A stretch of 64,000 nt of DNA, taken from positions 6,882,001 through 6,946,000 of the forward strand of contig OZ024746.1 in the NCBI GenBank assembly GCA_964016885.1, given 5' to 3'. Position 1 is the stretch's first letter; every line of letters begins with the position of its first letter. The notes beneath the pieces are model-generated. The model ran no database searches and was not told the origin of the DNA. It saw only the letters and a program-made list of their open reading frames with translations. Source of the DNA: Eledone cirrhosa (Eukaryota). This document shows positions 1 to 14,575 of this stretch, piece by piece. Made by a program: the position numbers and the translations under genes.

Positions 1-427
1 CTTTATTGGAAATGAAATATGAAGAGTATATTGGTGAACCCACAATCATTTGTTCAAATTATTGATATAATTAATCCAACTTCCAACTAGAACATACCAA
101 TTCTTCAACAAAATGTCAAGATATTCATGTTATCTGAGGACATTTTATATTTTTCTTTAAGATTTGAATTGTTTTCTTGTCTTGTTCAGATAATTATGGC
201 AACTTTAACCATTTTGAACCAGAAATAATTATGTTTAGTATATATATGGAGAATCCATGTTGTTTACCTTCTACTGTCAGTTATAGAAGATATGCAACAG
301 AATCTTGAGTAGACTTAAGTTCCCTTCTTTAAACATTCTAACTGCATCAGGATAATTGACAGAATCAGCAAGTAAAGAAAAAATTAAGATAATTTACAAC
401 TGACAGGGGGGGGGGGGGGGGGGGTAT

Positions 428-901
428 TTAGCTGATGTGCACCTCACCTTTCTGATGTACACCTCACCTTAGCTGATGTACACCTCACCTTAGCTGATGT
501 ACACCTCATCTTTCTGATGTACACCTCACCTTTCTGATGTACACCTCACCTTTCTGATGTACACCTCACCTTTCTGATGTACAACTCACCTTAGCTGATG
601 TACACCTCACCTTAGCTGATGTACACCTCACCTTAGCTGATGTACACCTCACCTTAGCTGATGTACACCTCACCTTAGCTGATGTACACCTCACCTTAGC
701 TGATGTACACCTCATCTTTCTGATGTACACCTCATCTTTCTGATGTACACCTCACCTTAGTTGATGTACACCTCACCTTTCTGATGTACACCTCACCTTT
801 CTGATGTACACCTCACCTTAGCTGATGTACACCTCACCTTAGCTGATGTACACCTCACCTTAGCTGATGTACACCTCACCTTTCTGATGTATACCTCACC
901 T
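428..901. repeat. Minisatellite, 20/21-bp unit, about 23 copies
   Basis: ttagctgatgtacacctcacc / tttctgatgtacacctcacc. Confidence 0.95.
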
Positions 902-2839
902 GCCAGAGACACTTCTGTGCGAGCGAGACATGGTCCCCTGACCATTCCCGCATCAAATGGAACAAAACCGTCTAACCCATGCTAGCGTGGAAGATGGACG
1001 TTAAACGATGATGATGATCATCATTCAATGCTTGGGTTGGAACAGTCCTTCTCAGCATGGCATCTCTCCACTCATTGTGTTCCTTTGTCATCTAACTCTC
1101 TCATTGTTAAGTTGGTGTTTGGAACTTAACTTAACAGAGATTCTTACATAATATTGTGATGAGGCTGTTCAGATGAGATAAAGACTTTAAATACTTTAAA
1201 CAGCTTTCTATAATAGAACCAAGGGTAGTTTCAAGCAGTTTGCTATCAAAATGGTCATAGAAATGCTGTTGTTTTGGATAACAGAAAGATTTTGCCTCAA
1301 GTAGGAGTAGGCTATTGGACTGATGTTTCAAAAATTTCATGTTGCACGATAGCAAAATATGGGCAGTAAGAGAAGCAAACCTACAGCAACTGAAAATGAT
1401 GAATTAAATCATCATCATCATTATTATCATCATCATCACCATTTAACGTCCATTTTCCACATTGGCACGGGTTAATGTAAATGGAATTATATGAAAGTGC
1501 AACACGAACTTACGAGGTAAATTAAGTGCAGTTGTATTAGATGGGTCACCGTGCAAGAGAAATGGCTTGTTATTTGAATGAATGGCACATGCTGTTAAGA
1601 AATTTAGCAGCACTTAAGGAAGAAGGCAATAAAGGCAAATACAGGCAAGAGAATGTTAAGATTAATTACATCTTATTATCTTGTCTGACATAGATAGGAA
1701 AAGATCAGATGATTATTGGTTCTGGTTACAACTTGTTCAACCCATGCCAGTATAGAAAATCAATATTATGTTGTTAATGGTGATATATATATTCTGTATT
1801 TATTCTGTGACAATACACAAAATATATAAAAGTAGATATGAGAAAGTAGCAGAGAAATTACAAGATCTTTACATTAATAAAACAGATAGTAGAAGTGAAG
1901 TTCATATTTCATGATGTAAAATAAAAATCCAGATATAGTGAGTGCTTATTCAAATTTATCAAGAGGTTCCATTCATTTCCAATTGAGGAAGTAAATCCTC
2001 ATCATCATCATTGTCGTCCACCATTGGCTAGCATGGGTTAGACGAGTCTACATAGACCAAATCAGTACTGAAGTGGTGGCTACTGACCTCCCAGACAGAT
2101 CTCATGCTCTCCCTAGTGCACAGGGGAGGTTGTCATGTCTTTGACACAACTGTTTGGCAAGATTTGTGTGGCTGAGGGCCTTTAAAAATTATAGAAAATC
2201 ACTTGCATACTTATATCTATCAAGTATCTTTTCCTATTTCTAATTCTTTACAATTCCTTAAATTGTGAAAGGAATAAAGATACCTATATTTTCTAGTTTT
2301 AACCTCTCATATTTCTAGTTACAATATTTGCTTAAAGAGAACCTATTTTCTGGCATAATACAGTATCGGGTCAGGCTTTTGCCTGCTACTGGTACCATAT
2401 AACCCAATACAACCTGCTTCATGGTTGAGTGGTCAGCAGCTAAACCAACTATCCCATCAGGTCCTGGTCTGGTGAGGAGGGTAAGTAGAACCTAAACAGC
2501 ACAAAAGGAGCTGTTAAAAGAGCAGACAAACTCCTCAAAGTCAATGGTCATCCACCTTAACTATAGATTAAATAACCTCACCAACCTGCAACTGATCAAG
2601 CTTGGTGAGTATAGGCCACACTCCAAAAGACCAAAACCAGACAGAAAGTCATGGAGACATGGATGCATGATTAAGAAATTTGCTTTGCAACTACATGGTT
2701 CTACATGGTTCCACGTGGTTCTAAATGGTTTCAAATGGTTCAACATAGTTCCACAACGTGCTACATGGTACCACATTTGATAAGATATAAGCAAGAAAAT
2801 TGCACATTAACTTGTGTTAAAAAAATGTTTTGTGATCTA

Positions 2840-3131
2840 TACCACCCCGTTCTATGTAAAGTTATGTTGGTGCCACACCATCCAGGCCGAAACAAATGAG
2901 ATCGTGTAGGTGTCACGACAAAAAAACACACAGTCCACGCTGTAATGTGGCCGTGTAGGCAACACGGTAAAAACCTCCCAGACCCACACTGTAAATGTGG
3001 TTGGTGTTAGGAAGGGCATCCAACTGTAGAAAACCTGCCAGACAGTCCTATGCGAGCAAGACAATCACTCTTGCCTCAAGTGGGACTACTCCCGTCCAAA
3101 CCCATGCAAGCGTGGAACACGGACGTTAAAC

Positions 3132-3160
<29 letters not shown>
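2840..3160 (+). mobile_element. RTE LINE 3' UTR fragment
   Basis: Near-identical in reverse to 39920-40235; (GAT)n tail. Confidence 0.88.
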
Positions 3161-3162
<2 letters not shown>

Positions 3163-3496
3163 CCTTGTTAGTTTTACAGACATTTGCTTGTTATTGTTGC
3201 AATGAACCCGGGATTTGTTTATTCAAAACCTTAACCAATGATGCAATCACAAAATACATCATATAAAAAAATGTATCAATAATTTAAGAACTAAAAGAGT
3301 CCCAATAAAGTAGAACTAATCAATTAATAAAGGGGTTTGCTTAGACTAAAGATGATTGTGTTTTTGTGTTTTAAAGCTAAAACACTATTTCTAGCGGTAT
3401 GGTAAATAGAAAAGTAGGAAATATTTCTACTGACACTCTGTGGGAAGGCATTTTATTCTACATTTTTAAAATGTAATTACAAAGAACAGACTCTGC

Positions 3497-4330
3497 TACC
3501 TAGGTGACCAAATTAGCAGCAGAGGTGGGTGTTCTGAACGTACAGTAACCAGGGTAAGAACGGGATGAAAGAAGTTCAGGGAGCTACTACCACTGCTAGC
3601 TGCAAAAGGCTTTTCCCTCAAAATGAAAGGCAGACTGTATGATGCATGCATACGAACAGCAATTTTACATGGTAGTGAGACCTGGGCGCTGTCTGTAGAA
3701 GACTTGCGTAGATTAGAAAGAAACAAAGCTTGCATGCTCCGATGGATGTGTAATAGTAATATACGCAAACGGCAAAGCATAAACGAACTGAGAGAGAGAC
3801 TAAGTATAAGAGGAATCAAATGCTGTGTGCAGGTGAGGAAGATGCGTTGGTATGGACATGTGATGCGTATGAAGGATGACAGCTGCATAATAAGGTGCAG
3901 AGCACTAGAAGTTGATGGAAACCGTGGAGTGGGGAGACCCAAGAAGACCTGGGATGAGGTGATAAAAGCCAACCTTACCCAATTACACCTCTCAAAGGCG
4001 ATGACACAGGACCATGACCTCTGGCATCATGCAGTAATACAGAAGACCCAACTTCCCATGGGAACAAGCTGAAGCCGAAGCATATAGATAATATGGCCCC
4101 ATCCTCTCCTACTGCAAAGTGGATGTGTAGCTGCTATGGAAAAATAAGCACCCAGCACTCTGTAAATGAGGTTGGTGTTAGAAAGGGCATCTAGCTGTAG
4201 AAATCAAACCAAAATCAGTTCCCGTATGAGCAAGACAAGGTTACCCGACCTAACATTGTTCACAACACGACAACCCGTCTAACCCATGCTAGCATGGAAG
4301 AACGAACATAAAAACGGTGATGATGATGAG
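3497..4330 (+). mobile_element. RTE LINE 3' fragment
   Basis: KGRLYDACIRTAILHGSETW...RWYGHV...GRPKKTW, 3' UTR and aacccatgctagcatggaa-(GAT)n tail. Confidence 0.92.
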
Positions 4331-6801
4331 ACTCATCAGATATTTGGTTTTCAAAGAGAAATCTATAGTTCATAAAAAAAAACAAGAGTTTCCTTTAAAA
4401 TACATAGAAATGACAGCATGATAATTAAACTGAAGAGACACACTTAAGAAGAACAACAAAAGGAATGTCATACATATCCTGATCTGAAAGCATTACACAA
4501 GCTTAAAATAGGTAGTTAAGAACAATTCCTTGAAAATACATACAAATGACAGCATGGCAAATAGACTGAAGAGACACACTTAAGAACAACAACAGAAATA
4601 TATGTCATGTATATCCGGATCTGAAGGCATTAGACAAACTCATAATAGGCCGTTAAGATCAATTAGGTAAAAGATATAAACCAACATTGGTTTCAGTATT
4701 TATACCCCCCTCTACACCCAGTCAATATATGAGGGAGCAACTATTAGGTCACTCACTCTGCTAAAAATAGTTAAATCTTTCTCATAATCACGTTCTACCA
4801 TCTTAAAATAAAATATGCATTGGATAGTAAAGTTCAGCTTTACATGGTGTCTGAAGAAAAGACAGGATGGTTGTGGTTAAAATGGCCTTCATTATAGGTT
4901 TAGTTAATCTGAGTTAACCAGAGGCTAAACAACAACATACCACTTCTATTGAAAGAAATATTGCCTAGCAAGGAGCCAATATAAAATTCTCTTTTGTTTT
5001 GTTTTGACTTTTTCTTTCAATGTTTAGCCCTTTAGCATTTAAACCGGCCATATCCAGCCAAAATTCTCTGACCTCTTTATGTTCAAACCAGCTGTAACTG
5101 GCTGCCAATACCAATTGAGGTATTGTTCTCAAAATAATTAATATCATCATCAAAATCTTGTAGATTTGATATTATGTGAGGTAAAGCCTTTACTGTGAAA
5201 ATACAATAGTATATAGAGAGTAATGTAAATGTTATGTGAGATATTGTGAGGTAAAGCCTTTACTGTGAAAATACAATAGTATATATAGAGTAATGTAAAT
5301 GTTATGTGAGATATTATGTGAGGTAAAGCCTTTACTGTGAAAATACAATAGTACATATAGAGCGTAATGTAAATGGTAATGGGTTAGAGATTCTGGTGAG
5401 AAAAAAACAATATGAAAAATGCATTTGTAGTAAACAACCCAAGTAGAAATTAAACAGAAATGTTGATTCTATCTTCTCTAAAGAAAGATTACCAAGTAAC
5501 TGATGTGTTTTAAACAGTGATTTATGAAATAATGGCAATTGAGAAATATAAAACTAAGGAGACTGACATACTTAACTATAATAGAATTTGTTTTCAATGT
5601 AACAAATGTAAATAGAAAGAATAGATTATGTGTAAATAAAAAGGGGATGATGATTGATATGTCTTTTCAAAGAGCAATAGACTATGTTAACCATGTAGCA
5701 GGTGCAAACTTCACTGAACAGTACATTCACATACTTTCAAATAAAACTTTTGAATTATGAGATTAAGACGTATGATAGAGTAAAGCTAAAAGCATCAGGT
5801 TTAACAAGTTCATGTCGACTTTTCATATTCAATTAATACCAGTTTCAATATCTTTGAGAAAAACAAGTATCAATTTCATATTCACCCAAACTAAAATGTT
5901 TTAGACTTCTCAAACATGTGAGAAACAAAATCGTTTGATATATATATATAAGAACCCTACATTAAGTAACTATCTTAGTAATGAAATAATTGATGATTTT
6001 AGTAAATCTCTCAAAATTCTTCATTAATTAATTAAAATAGAGTGTATTTCATTAGAAATGAAAGGGTTAAAGAACAAATATTTATTAACAGTAATAGGTG
6101 TTTATATTTTTTCCCCCTTGTATACAAAGCTAATTGTGTTGTGCAAGTATAGTACTTCTTCTTTGATTCTCAGTTGGTGATTGGGAAAGACTCAACTAAT
6201 ACACTGGGAGTCACTGAATGATGGGTTCCGATGATGATCTTCTTCCATGCTTTTCTATCCATGGTGCTGACCTTAGCATTGTCGAGGTCGAGGAGCTGCA
6301 ATTTCAGGTCCTCATTGATTTGTTTCACACATTTCTTCTTCGGTGTATTGGATTCTCCAATGGTCACTGTCAGGACAAAAGCTGGTGTGGTAGTCTTCCG
6401 GTATTCTTATATCCCTTCAACATTATAATTCTTTGTTTGGAATAGATCTTTTTTCTTACAAAGAACATTGGTAAATTTCTATTGGAAAACTTCTTAAATG
6501 AATGACTCCTTAAAGGGATGAGGATTAATAAATGAAAACCACCCCTATGTTCAGCCAGTTAGTTCCTTCCTATTAATAACACAAAATAATGAGCTATAGC
6601 TCTTGACCACATCTCATTTTTTTTTTTTTGTGACTTCCATGTTTATCACCTGCTCATAATGTTCCTCAAAGCTAAAGATAACCCAGGTATTTATAGTGCT
6701 GCTGGTGATGATGCTCACTGATCCATATATTGAGATATGAGTGAATGAGCTGCTGTGTGTTTCATGAATTATCTCTGCCTGACATTCTACTTTGGTCTCA
6801 T

Positions 6802-7093
6802 ATCAGTTAGTACCATAGACCTGTATCAATTAGTACCATAGACTGGATCAGTTAGTACCATAGACTGGATCAGTTAGTACCATAGACCTGGATCAGTTAG
6901 TACCATAGACCTGAATCAATTAGTACCATAGACTGGATCAGTTAGTACCATAGACCGGGATCAATTAGTACCATAGACCTGAATCAATTAGTACCATAGA
7001 CCTGAATCAATTAGTACCATAGACTGGATCAGTTAGTACCATAGACCTGGATCAATTAGTACCATAGACCTGAATCAGTTAGCACCATAGACC
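6802..7093. repeat. Minisatellite, 22/23-bp unit, about 13 copies
   Basis: atcagttagtaccatagacctgg. Confidence 0.95.
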
Positions 7094-8169
7094 TTACCTT
7101 GGTATAATGATGAAATATTACTCCACCATCCAACCACCCACGGCTTCTATTTATTGCTCTCTTGAAGATATACTAAAACCTGTTTGACCTTTAATAAAGT
7201 ATGTGAACTTTCTTTGTTCCTGATCTTGAAGAAAATATTTGGATAAGAAGACTGCTGTTGTAGTTTTACCATTGCTCCTTCTGGGCTTCAACCTTGTCTA
7301 TATATTGAGAGCAATATGGACAAAATAGTCTTTGTTTTTATTTGACAAAGACAATGTGTGTCTGTGATGGTGCTACAGCTGTTTAGGATGATATAGTCAA
7401 TAAAGTCATCTTTGGCACTAAAAGACATCATTGTTGTATCTTTTCAAAAGTCTATAGCTGTGTGAAATTTGTTCAGATTTGGTCACCTTTTATGTGATAT
7501 TTAATGTGATATTTGGATTTTGTGGACAGATTCTTGTGTCACTGCTGTCATGCTAAACATATGGCAGACATTAAAACAAATCAAAATAACAATTAATATA
7601 TAGCTTGGTTCTGCAAAGTTTACAGGTGTATTAGAAAGTTTTCCTCTCCTTAAAACCAGTTAATAATCCAAATGATGTTGGTGATGATGATGATGGGTCA
7701 ACATTGTATATGTATGGGCAATGTTTTCATTCATAGAGGAAATAAGTTAATAACGGAGATAGTTCTAGGCAAACACAAGTTTATATATATATACCTTAGC
7801 TATAAATTTAATACAATAATCAGTGAAAATAGACAATTTGTTAAACTCTCAGGAGAGCTGGACATCAGATCTTAAGAGAAGAAACCCCCTTCAAGTGAGT
7901 GTTTCAGCCCTTAACTTCTAAGGGCCTATTACATCCCACCCCTTGTGGGATGCTGAAGCCATACTAGTATGTTTTAGGTTATTTTGTGAAACAGCAAATT
8001 TAATCAAAATATTTCTGGTTATCTTATTTTTAACCAATTTTTGAAAGATGCCAAAATTGATAAATAATCCCACACTGGCAGTAAAACATCAAAACAACAC
8101 TCGAAGAATAAAAATATCCATATTGAATAACAAATATTATTAAATATAATTTTGTAACAATTAACTCAC

Positions 8170-8235
8170 ATCGGCAATTTTATCATTATTTTCTTGTGAA
8201 GGTTTTTCATTTTCTTTGGTATCATCTTTCGAAGA
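8170..8235 (-). CDS. TRAF3IP1: TRAF3IP1 probable coding exon 7 (gene continues left of window)
   Basis: TTTCAG acceptor, SSKDDTKENEKPSQENNDKIAD (66 nt, phase 0-0), GTGAGT donor; supported by splice sites, phase and composition rather than motif conservation. Confidence 0.72.
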
Positions 8236-8562
8236 CTGAAATAGACAACACAGTTTCAGATTTAAACATCATTAATTGATTCAAATACCAGAAAGTGTTT
8301 CCCTATTTAGATTTATGACAAACTCAGAAGGATTTAACAAACGTTTTTTTTATAATCTAATTAGAAGAAAAGGGGCAAGGCTTTTCCTATTTGTAGGCCC
8401 TCTGGAATTGGTGAGATTGGTGTATCTGATGTCAATAGTGAATATCTGCAAGTCATCTACTTCAGGAGAAACATGGACAAGAAGGTAACAAGTGGTCTGG
8501 TCCAAATACATGCAACAGGGTGAACTCCTTCAAAGATACCCAAAGTGGTTAGTGTGCAGACT

Positions 8563-8900
8563 TGAGGTGAACACTACATGTGTGACAAGAAGAGGTGAAC
8601 ACTACATGTGTGACAAGAAGATGTGGACACTACATGTGTGTCAACAAGAGGTGAACACTACATGTGTGTCAACAAGAGGTGAACACTACATGTGTGACAA
8701 CAAGAGGTGAACACTACATGTGTGACAAGAGGTGGACACTACATGTGTGTCAACAAGAGGTGAACACTACATGTGTGACAACAAGAGGTGAACACTACAT
8801 GTGTGACAACAAGAGGTGAACACTACATGTGTGACAACAAGAGGTGGACACTACATGTGTGTCAACAAGAGGTGAACACTACATGTGTGACAACAAGAGG
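8563..8900. repeat. Minisatellite, 28-bp unit, about 12 copies
   Basis: gaggtgaacactacatgtgtgacaacaa. Confidence 0.95.
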
Positions 8901-9119
8901 AAAGATGGGTCAATTGCTAGGCCTGTATGAATCAAAGTTATATGTATATATACATTCTATCCCTCTCAGACACAGTTTCTCTCTCAACACACCGATGCTG
9001 GGTCGTTCACGTACATTGCACATCCAACAGAGCATGCTTGCCTCATTTCTCTCCAGCCATCGCATATCCTCTGCAGTTGCTGCCCAAGTATTTATATATA
9101 TATACATACATATATATAC

Positions 9120-9778
9120 ATATCATCATCATCATCACCGTTTTACGTCCGTTCTTCCATGTTAGCATGGGTTAAACGGGTTGTCCTGTTGTGGGCAGTG
9201 TCTGGTCAGATGACCATGCCTTGCTCATACAGGAACTGATTTTGGCTTGATTTCTACAGCTGGATGCCCTTGCTAACACCACCCTCATTTACAGTGAGTG
9301 GTGGGTGCTTTTTTTCCATGGCCCCTACACGTCCACTTTACAGTGTGAGCTGGGTGCTTTTTTGCCATGGCACCTCCACGACCACCTTGCAGTGGGGGGT
9401 GTGGGGGCATATTGTCTATATGCTTCGGCTTGTACTCATGGGAGGTCGGGTACTCTGTTTTACTGCGTGACGCCAGAGGTGTAATTGGGTAAGGTCGGCT
9501 TTTATCACCTCATCCCAGGTCTTCTTGGGTCTCCCCACTCCACGGTTTCCATTGACTTCTAGTGCTCTGCACCTTTTTATGCAGCTGTCATCCTTCATAC
9601 GCATCACATGTCCATACCAACGCAACAGCCTCTCCTGCACACAGCATTTGATTCCTCTTATGCTCAGTCTCTCTCTCAATTCATTTATGCTTTGCTGTTT
9701 GCATATATTACTATTACACATCCATCAGAGCATGCAGGCTTCATTTCTTTCTAATCTACGTAAGTCTTCCACCTTCAG
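9120..9778 (-). mobile_element. RTE LINE 3' fragment
   Basis: Minus-strand RWYGHVMRM...GRPKKTW; (ATC)n tail at 9122-9137. Confidence 0.92.
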
Positions 9779-9875
9779 ATATATATAGATCTTTATATAT
9801 ATATATACATACACACACACATATATATATATATATATACACACACATATATATATATATATATATTTATATATA

Positions 9876-10945
9876 GTGTGTAGGAAAGGAGTAGGCAGAA
9901 ACTCCATTTTATGTCCCAAAGATGTAGTGGGATCACAGGTAAGCTAACTAAGAATATAGATTTTATATGTGGCTGGTGCTCTGGTGCAATAAGTAGCAGC
10001 AAGTGCCAACAGAATACTAGCTCATTCCATTGCACAGATGGTTCTATAGAAATAGTGGACACCTTCCGTTACTTGGGTGACAAAATCAGCAGTGTTGGAG
10101 GGTGCTCTGAAAGTACAGTAGCTAGAGTCAGAACTGGATGGAAAAAGTTCAGAGAGTTTATACCACTATTAGCCGCTAAAGGGTTCTCTCTAAAAATGAA
10201 AGGCAGGCTGTATGATGCCTGCATACAAACAGCAATGTTACATGGCATTGTGTGCAGAGGATATACGCAGACTGGAGAGGAACGAAGCTTGCATGCTCCG
10301 CTGGATGTGTAATAGTAATATACGTGAACGGCAAAGCATAAACGAACGAAAGGAAAAATTAGGAATAAGAGGGATCAGATGTTGTTTACTTGAGAGAAGA
10401 CTACGTTGGTACGGTCACGTGATACGCATGAAAGACGACAGCTGTATAAAAAAGTACAGGGCAATAAAAATAGACGGTAGCCACGGAGTAGGCAGACCCA
10501 GAAAAACCTGGGACGTCTTGATAAATTCCGACCTCACACACTTACACCTCTCCAAGACAATGTCACTGGACCGAGATCTTTTGCGCTATACAGTAATACA
10601 GAAGACCCGCCTTGTAGGTAACACGGTAAAAACCTCCCAGTCCACACTGTAAACGTGGTTGGTGTTGGGAAGGGCAACCAGCCGTAGAAAACTCGCCAGA
10701 TGTGTAGGTGTCACGACAAAAAAACACACAGTCCACGCTGTAATGTGGCCGTGTAGGTAACATGGTAAAAACCTCCCAGTCCACACTGTAAACGTGGTTG
10801 GTGTTAGGAAGGGCATCCAGCCGTAGAAAACCCGCCAGACAGTCCTATACGAGCAAGACAACCAATCTTGCCTCAAGTGGGGAAAATTCCCGTCCAAACC
10901 CATGCTAGCATGGAAGATGAATGTTAAACGATAATGATGATGATA
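9876..10945 (+). mobile_element. RTE LINE 3' fragment
   Basis: Colinear with 38095-39260 (FRYLGDKI, RLRWYGHV); internal 3' UTR duplication. Confidence 0.92.
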
Positions 10946-10971
10946 TATATGTGTATATATATATATATATA

Positions 10972-11392
10972 TCGTTTTCGGTGCACCCGGCCGATTAAGC
11001 CACTCGATATGCAAATTGGGCTACTCAGCCGTTAATATGCATAAGGTAAGTATATACGTTCAACAATCTGGCAGGAAAGTATACGTCGCTGACGATAGCT
11101 AATAAGCTTGAAACTAGTACAGCGTTCCTTTGTCAGTGTTGAACAAACGAGCAACGATGGTTGCTGGACACTACGGCTTAATACGAGATGTTTGTTTACA
11201 AACACACCGAGCATTATAATAAATGTTCGGTGAATCCATACGTACATATATATATGTGTGCATGTATGTATATATATATATACATACTACTGTACATCTG
11301 TATACATATATGTATGTACGTGTACATACTTATATTTAAGTAACAGCCGTACTAAGAGTGGGAAATGAAATTTTGTTTCATTTTTTCCGTTT
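10972..11392 (+). mobile_element. About 420-bp hammerhead-bearing non-coding repeat (retrozyme-like / Penelope pLTR-like)
   Basis: Highly similar to 58305-58810; starts after a (TA)n run; contains the hammerhead at 11083; no credible ORF. Confidence 0.7.
11083..11125 (+). ncRNA. Type I hammerhead ribozyme motif (minimal)
   Basis: acgtcg-CTGACGA-t agct aata agct t-GAAA-c ta g-TA-cagcgt; palindromic stem III ACTAGT; predicted cleavage after GUA 11119. Confidence 0.8.
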
Positions 11393-11723
11393 AATAAATA
11401 AATAATTGTATGTGAAATAAGTGCTAACTTTAAAAATCTGAATATTTTACAGTTATAAATGTCTAAAGAATAAACATAATAATTCTTCTTTTACAAAATT
11501 ATTTGAAAAATGGAAACATTTAATTTTTTTTTCTTCATTTTCCATTAATATAATCAAATATTTCATGTAAATGTTTTGTCAAAAGAAATGTCAAGTATGT
11601 GATCAGGTATATATGGTAGTCAGAGTTATTGCTACCAGTCTGTAGGCTATAAAGATATTATGTCAAGTGTAACTACTTTCTTGTATAATATATAATCATC
11701 TAAATGAAATGTTTTACACTTAC

Positions 11724-12038
11724 AATTCGAGACATTTTCTCTTTGTCACTAGATTGTTTTTCCTTTGGCTTCTCTTCATCCTTTACTTGATGTTTTTCTC
11801 TTTCCTCAAGTTTGTTTCGTTGTCTTTCTTTTTCTTCACTTTTGTTCTGTTCACCCTCTCTCTCTTCCCCTTTACTTCGTGACCTTTGTTCATTTTTACT
11901 TCTGCGCCTCTCTTTCCCTTCTGTTTTACTCCGTTTTTCTTTCTCATCAACTTTAATTTCATTTTCAGGTTGATTCTTATGTCTCTCGTTTTTGGAGTTG
12001 TTTTCCTTTGATCCTTTTTCTTTTGGTTTATGTGGTTC
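11724..12038 (-). CDS. TRAF3IP1: TRAF3IP1 coding exon 6 (Lys/Glu/Arg-rich region)
   Basis: TTTTTCAG acceptor, 315-nt stop-free frame EPHKPKEKGSKENNSK...EKQSSDKEKMSRI, GTAAGT donor; fits the charged low-complexity middle of IFT54. Confidence 0.85.
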
Positions 12039-12156
12039 CTGAAAAATTTTTAATCATGACATAATCACAGTAAAAATTTCAAAATCATTCACAACTGAAA
12101 ATTATTTCCTTAATTCTTTAGCATTCATAATACTGATAATGTTAGATATATTGTTA

Positions 12157-12620
12157 GACAAAAAGCACCCAGCGCTCTCTGTAAAGTGACCATGTAGGTG
12201 TCATGACAAAAAGCACCCAGCGCTCACTGTAAAGTGGTTGTGTAGATGTCACAACAAAAAACATCCAGTACACACTGTAAAGTTGTTGTGTAGGTGTCAC
12301 AACAAAAAGCACCCAGTACACACTGTAATGTGGTCATGTAGGCATCACAACAAAAAGCACCCAACCCACATTGTAAAGTGGTCATGTAGGTGTCATTCCA
12401 AAAAGCACCCAACCCCCACAGTAAAGTGGTCATGTAGGTGTCATGACAAAAAGCACTAAGCATACACTGTAAATGTGGTTGGTTTTAGCAAAGGCTTCCA
12501 GCTGTAAAAACCAAACCAGAAACAGTTGTGTCTGAACAAGACCTGACTTGCCTCTAACAGGACAACGCGTCTAACCCATGCTAGCGTGGAAAATAGATGT
12601 TAAATAGTGATGATGATGAT
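12157..12620 (+). repeat. 48-bp repeat array (about 6-7 copies) ending in an RTE-type 3' tail
   Basis: cactgtaaagtggtcatgtaggtgtcacaacaaaaagcacccag units, then aacccatgctagcgtggaa-(GAT)n. Confidence 0.85.
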
Positions 12621-13937
12621 ATTAATCTTTTCATACAAAAATACTACAATGATGTGATAAAGACAAATATGGTAAGTAGTGTGATCTCAGGATTATTTAA
12701 AAACAGCAACTTCACAACTGAAGAAAGTTTGAAAAATAATATCAAATGAAGTATGTTTGGAATACGGTGAGCGATGTTTAGAATTGAAATAGAAATAGAA
12801 GCCGTAATATTTTTTTACTATAACAGTCTAATAATAAGGCGTATAAACCCACTGAATGAAAAAAGATTTGTATCAGCTCCCATATTGTTCTGTTTGTTTA
12901 TATACCCCATTATTAGACTGTGTTATAGTAAAAAAATATTATGGTGGAACTTCTATTTCTATTTCAATTTTAAATTATTATTAAGGTAGTCAGATTTAGC
13001 TGGTTTCTAAGTTTAATCTTTCATGATTGTATTTCAAATGAAATACGCTTCATTTCAATTAATTAATGAAGAATTTTGAGGAAATTACAAAAATTATAAA
13101 TTATGTCATTACTAAGATAATAACATAACATTTGGTTCTTATATAAAATTATGCTGGAATATTTTAATTTTAGGAACTCTTCAAATGGGCGGAAATGTTT
13201 CAAAGAACCAGAACCAGTTTGGGGCAAATTTAGTCTATATAGAAATATAAAAACAACAAATAGATCATCTCCAATTTTTTTTATTTTTCATTTTTAGGGT
13301 CAGAACTTTTATTTCAAAAGTCAGAGAATACACAGAGACCCTAAAAGAACATTCAAAAATAATCTGAGGATAGCTCATAAAAACATTAGTTTTCAATGTA
13401 TAATTTTAAAAAAGTATTGATTCTCTCTCCTCTTCAATAAAAAATATAAATAAATATTTTTGTATGATTAAAATCACTATTCATTAAAAAAAACATAGAT
13501 AAAAAAAAAACAATATAAAATCAGAAATTTCCTTACATTTCAAAAATATGAATTTTCCAAACATAAATTTAAAACAATTAGTTGTTCTTAAATCCCAAAT
13601 CTAATTATTTCAGTAGCATAAATTTGAGACATAATGAAGAAGAATCAGTAGACATTTTCTCCAAGAAAGAACAAACTTTATAAAATATATAAGATATATA
13701 TAATATATAAATATAAAACTAGAGATTAGCTCATATTGTTCAGTCCACTCAGCTACAGGAAAATGAACACAACTATATTTATTCTGTAAACAAAATCAAT
13801 TATTTGAACAGATATGTGAAACCTTATTTTGACAGAAACCAAGAAAAAACTTGCAATAGAGAAAACCGTTAAAAACCTTCATTTTGTAGATTTAAAATGC
13901 AAACATTATATTTTGAAATAGATTTTAAATAATTTAC

Positions 13938-14066
13938 TTCATGTTCTGCTTGTTTGTTAGCAATTTTCTCCTTTGTTTTCTCCTTTGACTTCTCTTTGTT
14001 GGGTTCTTGTTTCTTGGATCCATCACTTCCTTTCAATACACGTTTTACATATGTATCATTATCAAC
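13938..14066 (-). CDS. TRAF3IP1: TRAF3IP1 coding exon 5
   Basis: TTTTTAG acceptor, VDNDTYVKRVLKGSDGSKKQEPNKEKSKEKTKEKIANKQAEHE (129 nt, phase 0-0), GTAAAT donor; VKRVLxG ends the N-terminal domain. Confidence 0.88.
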
Positions 14067-14188
14067 CTAAAAATGTAAATTAAATTTAACAAGTATATAC
14101 ACATCCATACACACAAACAATATACATATACACACATACACACACACATACACATACACATACACACAAACAATATATATATGTGTGT

Positions 14189-14233
<45 letters not shown>

Positions 14234-14238
<5 letters not shown>

Positions 14239-14575
14239 GCATGGCTTAGTGGTTAAAGCATTGGGCTTGCAATCGGAAGGTTGTGAGTTTGATTCTTGGA
14301 CCGAGTGATACGTTGTGTCCTTGAACAAGACACTTTATTTCACGTTGCTCCAGTTTACTCAGCTGTAGAAATGGGTTGCAATGACATTGGTGCCAAAGTG
14401 TATCAGTCATTGCCTTTCCCTTGGACAACATCGGTGGCATGGAGAGGGGAGACTGGTATGTATGGGCGACTACTGGTCTTCCAGAAACAACCTTGCCCAG
14501 ACTTGTGCCTCGGAGGGAAACTTTCTAGGTGCAAATCCCATGGTCATTTGTGACCGATGGGGTCTTTACCTTTAT
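14234..14575 (+). mobile_element. tRNA-derived SINE with conserved central domain
   Basis: A box tggcttagtgg, B box-like gtttgattc, then gttgtgtccttgaacaagacacttta...ctcagctgtagaaatggg (V/Meta-SINE-like core); sits after (TG)n. Confidence 0.75.

Noticed and set aside
4397-4660. Diverged ~135-bp tandem duplication containing CTGAAGA
   Set aside because: No stem II-GAAA arrangement; ordinary local duplication
7880-7960. Hammerhead on minus strand (stem-GAAACACTC; also 24085-24120)
   Set aside because: No CUGANGA box in either copy
1-8169. Further TRAF3IP1 exons
   Set aside because: No segment with good splice sites and IFT54-like sequence found by eye; small exons could have been missed
14234-14310. 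tRNA gene
   Set aside because: A/B boxes present but no full cloverleaf; runs into a SINE body
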